DNA of 61,924 bases, the filler included, from Collodictyon triciliatum (Eukaryota), in the NCBI GenBank assembly GCA_043381765.1. It is 3 parts of 3 records of this genome, joined end to end, with 100 filler letters (N's around TTAATTAATTAA, not from the genome) between each part and the next. Parts side by side here need not be neighbours in the genome. Positions count along the whole stretch, not along the records: positions 35,711 to 61,924 come from JBHJMP010000409.1; 2 more parts are not named here. One strand, written 5' to 3'. Below the pieces are notes generated by a model. The model was not told where the DNA came from and made no database searches. It saw only the letters and a program-made list of their open reading frames with translations. Both the position numbers and the translations under genes were made by a program. This document shows, piece by piece, positions 43,921 to 61,924 of this stretch (its first letter is position 1; every line of letters starts with the position of its first letter).

Positions 43921-46900
43921 TCATACCGCTGTGGCAATGCGCTTCGTTGCCGAGGTCAAGGTAAAATCGTCTCCGTCAGGAATATAGCGATTGACAAGGA
44001 TAACTCGGTTTCCGAGCTCCGATCGGAACTTTTCAGGCTTCGCAAAGATATACAAAGAGCAAGCGTTGTTAATCATACAAATAAAATATCATATTTCCCA
44101 CTCGATTATTACTTCTAAAGCTTTACAAACTTGTTTTAATTCCTAAAATACATTACAATAAAAAAAAAATGAGGAGAAAGAAAAGAGCATAACAAGGAGA
44201 GACTATCCCCCGTTCATTACCGAAAGTGTGCGAAGACGGCTCAGAATTGCACAAAGTAGCTCAACCAGGCAGTCGCTGTAAATCATGCTCGAGTCAACCA
44301 GGCTGAAATATCCTCCTTCGTTCACGAAACTGCCCAGACTCATGTGCCCAGAGATAATCAGATCGCCGAACAACGAGGACAGGATTTCAATAATCTTTGG
44401 TGCATCGCAACGCAAGTCGTCCAGATTACATAGTGTGTGCACAATCCTATGTAAGAAGATGAAGATTGATTGCAACGCGTTTCGCCAATCATAAAATATA
44501 CAGAATTGCGAATAACGAGAAGTAAGTCAACATACTCTCTTGGGTATGAGAACTGAAACATAATTAATGTAAACAATAACAATAATAATAATAATAAGAA
44601 AAAAACCTTGGTTTATAAGAGAATGAGAACAATTCAAATCAGATCGAATCGAGAGAAAGAGAGAGAGAAAAACCCTCCGGTGATGCTTTGCTGACTGAAT
44701 ACACTTTGCGCGAAGGCTCTCTTGAAGGATTCTGACAGAATGGCCGAGTCGCTGGCGGTTTTTGTCAGAATTGTCTCGATGAACTTAATAAAGACCTGTT
44801 CTCCCCCTGGATTCTGACACATCACTATATATGTTTATGATACCGTTAATCTCGACAAAAATTAGCGACATATACTATCACTATATGTTACATTAAGCTA
44901 TATTTATACCACAACTTTACAATGTTTTTTTTAAAAAAAAAAAACCGAAATAGAAATACAAAAATTAAAATTAAAATTAATCTGGTCTAAATTTTACGTT
45001 TAAGAGTCTCGAGGAATTCACTTTCAACTCGAGACGCAAGATATTCCTCAGTGATGCCTCGGAACTTTGAAATTAAGGTGGAAGCCTCTACGATGGTGGC
45101 TGGATTGTTTGGTGCAATTGTTGATACAGGTGCCGGCGGCTTCGTCTGTGTAGTAGTGACTTTGACAGTGACGGTCTGCTGAAGTCGCTGCTGTGATAGG
45201 GACGGCTGCGTCTTGGTGGCGCTGGTAATGATTTCATGATTATTATCGTTTTGTATGCAACTTTCATGTAAATTTTATTATACACCTCTTCATCTACCGG
45301 TTTTCTTCCCTTTTTTTTAAAAACAAAAAAACAAATGATCGGTGATTTATGTTTCATATGTTTTTATACATATGATTTACAAAAAAAAAAGCGTTCTTCA
45401 TGCTTCAATAAACAGGGAATTTTTTTTTTTACATAATTTGCGAGTATATTAAATTACACGGATGGCTTCTTGTTCATCCAGCTGGGTTTGCAGGGTTGGG
45501 CGGATGCTGCCTATGTAATCAGAATGCCCAGCGGCGTCGTCAGTTGCTTTTAACTAAATATATAACTCGCAAATACATGCCAGTGGTAATGCCTTTCCCA
45601 TGCATCTACTCCAGGCCATAAAAAAAAAAAAATCAACGTGCTGCTATCATGACTGTGCAATGTGACGTACCACAGCGGCTGTGTCCATAGTCTTGATTTG
45701 GCGTTGAGCTGGTAGATTTCAGACGGATGATCAGAAGTGAGCATTTAAGTTTGCGTTGAAGAGAGAGAGAAAAAAAAAAGAAAAAGTAATTGTATAGACT
45801 ATGTCATTTTTTGGGCCGTACGTTGAAAGTCTGTTTTCTGGGGTGGTGGCTTTGGGAGAGTCTTGGCCAGCTCATTCGAGGCCATTTCCTCTTCATAAGC
45901 CTGAGAAAACGTATGATAATAATAATAATAATTGAAGAGGAGAAAAGAGAAAAGAGAAGACGAACGTTTTTAGAGCAAGGTATATAGCTTTAATTTTAAA
46001 CATATCATTTTCATTTATTTTTATTTATTTATTACATCCTATTAATTTTCTTGTCTACCTCTCTTCGAACTTCGTCGATTGTCTTTGGCTTAGATTCCAC
46101 GCGGCGAGGAACCCAATTATTGCCTTTTGTGTCCTCTGTGTCCTATAGCGAGTAAAAAAAAAAAAAATGAGAAGGAAAAAACTAAAGGAATTGTTTTAGA
46201 AATTATTTTTTTTACCATAATCATGAATCTAATGCGTGACTCTGTCTTTGGGTTTGTTTTGACTGATTGTAGATTATCAAATGCAGCCGTCACGATAGTG
46301 CGATTGCGCTCACGGTCCTCTACTTTGGACGTATTTGAGAATTGCCCGCCGATATTAACCAAAAGATTGCAGAGACATTCAACGGATTCCGTATCGATTT
46401 GTGTTCCATTCTCGGTCTCGATTTCGCTCTGGGACATGAGCGTATTGATGCAGCTGACAATGATGATGTCAGGGAGCATACGAATTTTATATATTTCACT
46501 GATGAAGCGGATATCTAAACGGAAATACACATATTAACCACAAGAAATAATCCTGTGAATATTTTTTTTTAAAAAAAAAAAAAAAAGAGGGAAAGGAGAG
46601 AATATATAAAAAAAAATGGTGTAAATCATTTTATTTTTATGAGCAATCAGCATTAACAAACTTCCTATTTGTCTTCGGCGTCTTTTCAGCTCAAATTCGT
46701 ATGCATCTGTGGGGTTCAGATTCTCTGGTGCCGCTACCTTTTCTCTCTCAAACTCGTCTTGACAAGCTGTCAATAGAATACGAAGGAAGCTCTATGTTGT
46801 TTTTTATGAAAAAAATCCACAGCAATTATAATGCAATGAGTGCTATAGTATAACGTAGGCAAAGGTGGTAATTTTTACCTGAAAAAAATACATTCAAATA

Positions 46901-49160
46901 AGATATTGTCGATGGATTACTTCGTTTGAATCGCCCTCGAGCTTTGGTGGATTACGATTGATTTCGAAGCAGAATTTAGCGTACATCGGGCAGAATATTG
47001 CTTGGTGGACAGCCTAAAATGAAGTGATTGGATATCAAGAGAAAGAAGAGAATGAATTTCAGTAAAGATTGATTAACTTGTTATATCGCACTTAATGCAA
47101 TACATTCTTAGAAATTGAGGGATATTTAGAAATCAAACATAAGAATAAAGAAGGAATAAGGAATAAGGAATAAGGAATAAGGAATAAGGAATAAGGAATA
47201 AGGAAATAAACCATTTCAAATAAGATTTTAATGACGGCACGAAAGATTTCTGCCTTGGTGATTTTTAATTCTTGGAACTTGATAAACAGCTTATCGAAAG
47301 TTTGAGGAGCGAGCTTGTTAAGTAGACTAAAAAAATAAAAATAAAACAGGTGCTAAGCATAATTCTAATTTATTATTGCATATATAATGGTAACTTACTA
47401 TGTAGGAAGGAAGTGAGGGAAAAGAGAAAGAAAATAGAGGAGGAGGAGGAGGAGGAGGAGGGGAAAAAAACCTGTATGCATCCGCAATCTTTTGTTCATC
47501 TTCTGAGCGAATCTTCTCCTTTCGTTGCGCCTGTCGAGCAGATTCGGCGGTGTGAATGCTATTTGATGCGTATGGTCCGGGCGAGTTCTGAGCACTGCTC
47601 GGTTGATCTCTACGATCTTTGGACTTGGCTGTTTGTCTCTGGTGGAAAATCGCGATTATGCTTGTATCGGTGCGTATGTCATTCAAAAGCTTTCATGGAT
47701 ATTGATAGATATATGTAGGACTGGAATATGACTCCGCATTAACGAGCTGGTTGGGCGAGTTTGTCGGTGGTGTCTTTTGCACAATTAAAAGAATATGTGA
47801 ATGAATGTTACCCCGAAAAATGAATTCGTTTTTGCAGGGTAACCAGGGCGGTCATTGCGCCCGAATGCAGTCTGTTATTAGAATAGAACAAGATTGGAAC
47901 ATTTGTAACAAAGGACATCACATTCGTATGCGTATTCCAACTATTTGCCTCTTCGATGATTTCTTTGGTTATTCTAATTTTCTCTTGAAACATATATGAT
48001 ATAGGCGGAACATGTAGTGCATAGAAACATACCGATGCGGTTGGAAGCTCAAGGTGGACAAGCCATTCATCCAACTCTGGTGTCTTTTCTTGGTACTGTT
48101 GATGTAAATGAGAATAAAATAAGTAGAGAATCAGAAAACAGAAGGACTTTGTTTATCTTTTGTTTGGTTGGTTGTTGTTTCATGTATAAGTATATGCATT
48201 CTCGAAACCTTGCTGCGTATTCCCATGATGAATTCCAAAGAATATTGAATCTGTTAGGGACATAAGAGGGTATATATTTGAGGTATGAGTTTGAGATTAC
48301 TAGGCATAAAGGTAATGATTTGCGTGTCCTATATATATTTGACAAAACAGATGTCTTACGAACTGGCCTGCTTTGGTGTAGATCGATGTAGTTTGTGTGC
48401 AGTGTGCAGTGGGCGAGATGCAGGAATATATATAGAAAGAATAACGCACTTAAAACTAACTCAGTCCAACGAGAGGGGAAAGAGTGAATGCTGGCACACA
48501 TGAAAATTTGGGTGAATAATTGTCTAAAAGGTTGTCTGTTTGACTTGTAAAAAAGATAAACTCTCAACACAAGAAAATAGGATTACCTTTCTTGGTCCCC
48601 TGAGTAGGACTTCAATATAATGGCGTGCGTCATTCCATGGAAGAAAATTAACAATCTGAGATTCGTTAAGAGACATAAGATCACGGATGAATTAACGCAA
48701 ACCTTGTCTCTGTATGACTTGTTTTAGACTCCTCGTCGTGTCCTTGTGATTTTAAGGTTGCGCATACAAGAAAAATAAATAAAGGTGAATATTTATCGAT
48801 GAGTGTGTATATATTATGTAATCGCAGGAAATCCACTCGATTCATACTCAAAATCAGAATCCCTACCAAATAGTCTCTTTGTTGCCGTCGGTGGTATGGA
48901 TATATCCAGCGCCTTTGGATGAGCTGAAGTCGATGCTTCTGGAGCGATACTGATTTCAGGAAGAGCTTCGTTTGCTGTTTGCTGGGCAGAAGCCGCGTCC
49001 TGGGGCGGAAGACTCGGAGATGCGGGGTTTGATGAGAGCAACTTTGCGCTCATTACGGAGGACAGAATATCCTCGCCAGTTTTCGGATCGACAATGGACA
49101 GAGTTTTCTTGGGTGTTTGTTGCGGTAAAACAGCAGCATTGGGAACCGTGGCAGAAACCT
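43921..49160 (-). CDS. EIF4G: Translation initiation factor eIF4G (MIF4G plus MA3-like C-terminus); 5' end missing
   Basis: LSIVDPKTG; QYSLEFIM (eIF4E-binding-like); SLLNKLAPQTFDKL; FCPMYAKFC; LLTACQDEFE; IRFISEIYK; SRIRFMI; NNWVPRR..PKTIDEVR. TGA at 43921-43923. Confidence 0.9.
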
Positions 49161-49471
49161 GTTTGTGCAACACACACACAAAAAAAATAGTAATAATAAA
49201 AGGCAGTCAGAAAAGTGGAATGTATACCCAATTCACTGACATTATGTTGGGAGAATAAATAATTCTAGAAAATAAGGATTAAGTCACAGTCATAATAAGT
49301 GTTTATAAGCAGTAATATGAGGTATCTAGTATTCTTTTTTTTTTTTTAGTGGGGTTATGATTATTTTGCCCNNNNNNNNNNNNNNNNNNNNNNNNNNNNN
49401 NNNNNNNNNNNNNNNNNNNNNNNNNNNNNNNNNNNNNNNNNNNNNNNNNNNNNNNNNNNNNNNNNNNNNNN

Positions 49472-49568
49472 TTGTATTGTATTGTATTGTATTGTATTGT
49501 ATTGTATTGTATTGTATTGTATTGTATTGTATTGTATTGTATTGTATTGTATTGTATTGTATTGTATT
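49472..49568. repeat. (TTGTA)n intronic microsatellite at a gap edge
   Basis: Directly visible. The same unit ends the contig at 40233. Confidence 0.97.
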
Positions 49569-49625
49569 TTCTGTTTCGGTTTTTATATATTTTCGGAAGA
49601 AATAAACACAAAGATTCTTAATTAG

Positions 49626-59500
<9,875 letters not shown>

Positions 59501-60388
59501 GTAAGACGCATCCCAAATTTCTTGAACCTTTTTTCTTTTTCTTTTTCTTTTTCTTTTCATTATTTTCTTTTTCTTTTCTTTTTATTTTCTTTTCATTATT
59601 CTTTCTCTTCNNNNNNNNNNNNNNNNNNNNNNNNNNNNNNNNNNNNNNNNNNNNNNNNNNNNNNNNNNNNNNNNNNNNNNNNNNNNNNNNNNNNNNNNNN
59701 NNNNNNNNNNNNNNNNNNNNNNNNNNNNNNNNNNNNNNNNNNNNNNNNNNNNNNNNNNNNNNNNNNNNNNNNNNNNNNNNNNNNNNNNNNNNNNNNNNNN
59801 NNNNNNNNNNNNNNNNNNNNNNNNNNNNNNNNNNNNNNNNNNNNNNNNNNNNNNNNNNNNNNNNNNNNNNNNNNNNNNNNNNNNNNNNNNNNNNNNNNNN
59901 NNNNNNNNNNNNNNNNNNNNNNNNNNNNNNNNNNNNNNNNNNNNNNNNNNNNNNNNNNNNNNNNNNNNNNNNNNNNNNNNNNNNNNNNNNNNNNNNNNNN
60001 NNNNNNNNNNNNNNNNNNNNNNNNNNNNNNNNNNNNNNNNNNNNNNNNNNNNNNNNNNNNNNNNNNNNNNNNNNNNNNNNNNNNNNNNNNNNNNNNNNNN
60101 NNNNNNNNNNNNNNNNNNNTCCCTTACAAACACACTCACTCATATACATGTCATATTTTCGCCGATTATTTCACACATTGCTTCGCTTATCACTACTGCC
60201 TGGACATATATTTGTCTTTACATTCGCATACGTCTAAAAAAAACAATTGTGATACCAAAATTAGAACAAGCACAAAGGCTCACAATTGGCAGGTTGGTTT
60301 TGTTCTTCGCGGAAGCTTGTTTGGCAAATTATCTTATCTTATCTTATCTTATTGCATCACACCACATCACACCACATCACAACCCAGA

Positions 60389-60890
60389 TCTGATGACGCT
60401 GATGACTCGCCTGTCCCACGAGCAGCACCTGATTGTGCAGATTCTGCAGCAGGCGCTGGGCGGGCCTTTCCCCTCGTCCCTGGTGATCTACCAGTACTAC
60501 CACGGAGTCATCACATACGACGAGCTCCTCGCAATATCGCGCACGCGTGGCGGAACAACGCCGCGGCAGCCGAGTGAGGCCGCCCCAAGTCCGACCCACG
60601 TGAGCGTTGGGGTGACGCGCACGGTGACTGCGTCTGCGTCTTCGTCCGGGCCGCTCGGCATTCCCTTCCTGAATCCCGTCTTCCTCTCCCAGTTTTCCTT
60701 CCCGCCAAGCAATCTGCCCATCAGCTCACTCGGCGCTTCTCGCTCCCTCGTCATCACACCGGACCGCTCGTCGCCCTCTGCCCACTACGTTCGCCGCTCG
60801 CGCAAACTCAAAAACATAGTTGTGCTCGACAGTGTAATGCCCACGCCATCGCCTGACCGTGTGGCCGTGGTTGCGGAGCCCAGAAAGTGA
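60389..60890 (+). CDS. Terminal exon, probably the myosin tail tip (linkage across the N gap unproven)
   Basis: CAG acceptor at about 60388, then a GC-rich open frame (LMTLMTRLSHEQHLIVQILQQALGG.., S/P/T-rich) to TGA at 60890. Confidence 0.55.
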
Positions 60891-61608
60891 TGCCATCGCG
60901 CGGCTGCTTTGCTGATGCAAATCTTGCTTGGGCAAATCTCCCAGATTGATTGATTGATTGATTGTTGATTGATTGGTGCCCGCACAGCCCCAATAAAGCC
61001 TCGTCCAGAATCTGATTGCGTTGTGGTGCGGAATTATTTGCCTCTTTGCCATCGACTTTGTTTTCGATTTTCATCAACCGTGCCAATCCTTGCGAGTGTC
61101 GGGGTGATACGTGTGATTGTGATGGGGATGGGGATGAGAGCGATGGTTGTACTTGTTTGGATGGATGGTCAAATCAAACTGGACTACACCGCATGGCGAC
61201 CGAGCCAACGCCCTGTTCTGAAAAAGCAAAAGGACAATATAGGGAAAAGGGAGAAAGGAAGATGAAAAAAAAAAAGTAAGACAAAGAAACAGAAGCGACG
61301 GCTGTATGGGTGATGGTTTCTGGTGCATATCTCAATCGGAAGAGACGGGAGTCATGATGACTTGCAAGGGAGTCCCCAGAAAGATGGACAAAGGTAGGCG
61401 AGAAACATGGGCGTAAAGAAGAAAAAAGAGTGGGAGAGAGGGTGAGAAAGAAAGAAAGAAAGAAAGAGAACAAAAAAAAAAATAGATAGGAAGAAAGAAG
61501 AGAAAAGAAAGTATTGGAGATGAAGAGAGAAGAAAAACGTTATGCAGGCGTCTTTGGAGGTGCGGCCTGGGTCTGGATATCTTTCCGGCCTCTTCCTCTT
61601 CTTACTCC

Positions 61609-61709
61609 TTAGCAGGCACAAGAGTTTGGCTCCTGGGTGGTTGTTGGGCGGCTGGTCGGTTGATTCCCAAGCTGCACTCCAGAGGAAACGTTGTACGGGT
61701 CCAAGGTGC
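61609..61709 (-). CDS. Last exon of a Rab GTPase (Rab4/14/2-like hypervariable tail with CxC)
   Basis: CAG|(G)TLDPYNVSSGVQLGNQPTSRPTTTQEPNSCAC-TAA resembles the Rab4 GELDP..SGIQYG tail and ends in a CxC geranylgeranylation motif. The rest of the gene lies beyond the window. Confidence 0.65.
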
Positions 61710-61828
61710 CTGCATGTGGATGGATAATACCCTCAGTTAATCGAGGGTTTGGAAGAGGCTGTGATGTGGACACTGCGGTAAAGAAGAAAGTAGATGTGTA
61801 TGTGAAAAAAAAAAAAGCAAATCGTGAG

Positions 61829-61829
<1 letters not shown>

Positions 61830-61923
<94 letters not shown>

Positions 61924-61924
61924 A
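61830..61924. repeat. (GAAA)n microsatellite in a Rab intron
   Basis: Directly visible. Confidence 0.97.

Noticed and set aside
47694-47700. In-frame TGA upstream of an eIF4G exon as readthrough, Sec or an alternative genetic code
   Set aside because: An AAG acceptor follows immediately. TAA, TAG and TGA do not interrupt conserved exons, and genes end normally in TAA/TGA.

Overview
Eukaryotic, AT-rich, intron-dense protist-like genomic DNA; the lineage cannot be fixed from sequence alone, though the gene content fits an aerobic amoeboid or flagellate protist. It is a draft scaffold with many N gaps and two artificial N-TTAATTAATTAA-N joins. Spliced genes that can be read by hand: TRAPPC11 (partial), a tandem two-domain cysteine dioxygenase (partial), SBDS, one or two low-complexity hypothetical genes, a CDKL kinase, an APE1/ExoIII AP endonuclease, an LRR protein ending in a CaaX box, a small coiled-coil protein, a very large myosin, a V4R-sensor/degenerate class III cyclase fusion, eIF4G and the last exon of a Rab. 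The myosin is split by a probably misplaced 9-kb contig carrying the cyclase and eIF4G. The most interesting signals are: (1) the myosin head is myosin-VI-like, with an insert-2 (reverse gear)-like segment and no insert-1, joined to IQ motifs, an SAH and a coiled-coil tail of roughly 900 aa; (2) that tail is encoded by runs of phase-0 exons of exactly 75, 138 and 105 nt; (3) the V4R-pseudocyclase; (4) the tandem CDO, whose first domain lacks the cofactor Tyr; (5) a dispersed 5'-truncated retroposon 3' end with TSD-like flanks; (6) highly degenerate splice donors. All exon models and family comparisons were made by eye from remembered motifs, not by database search.
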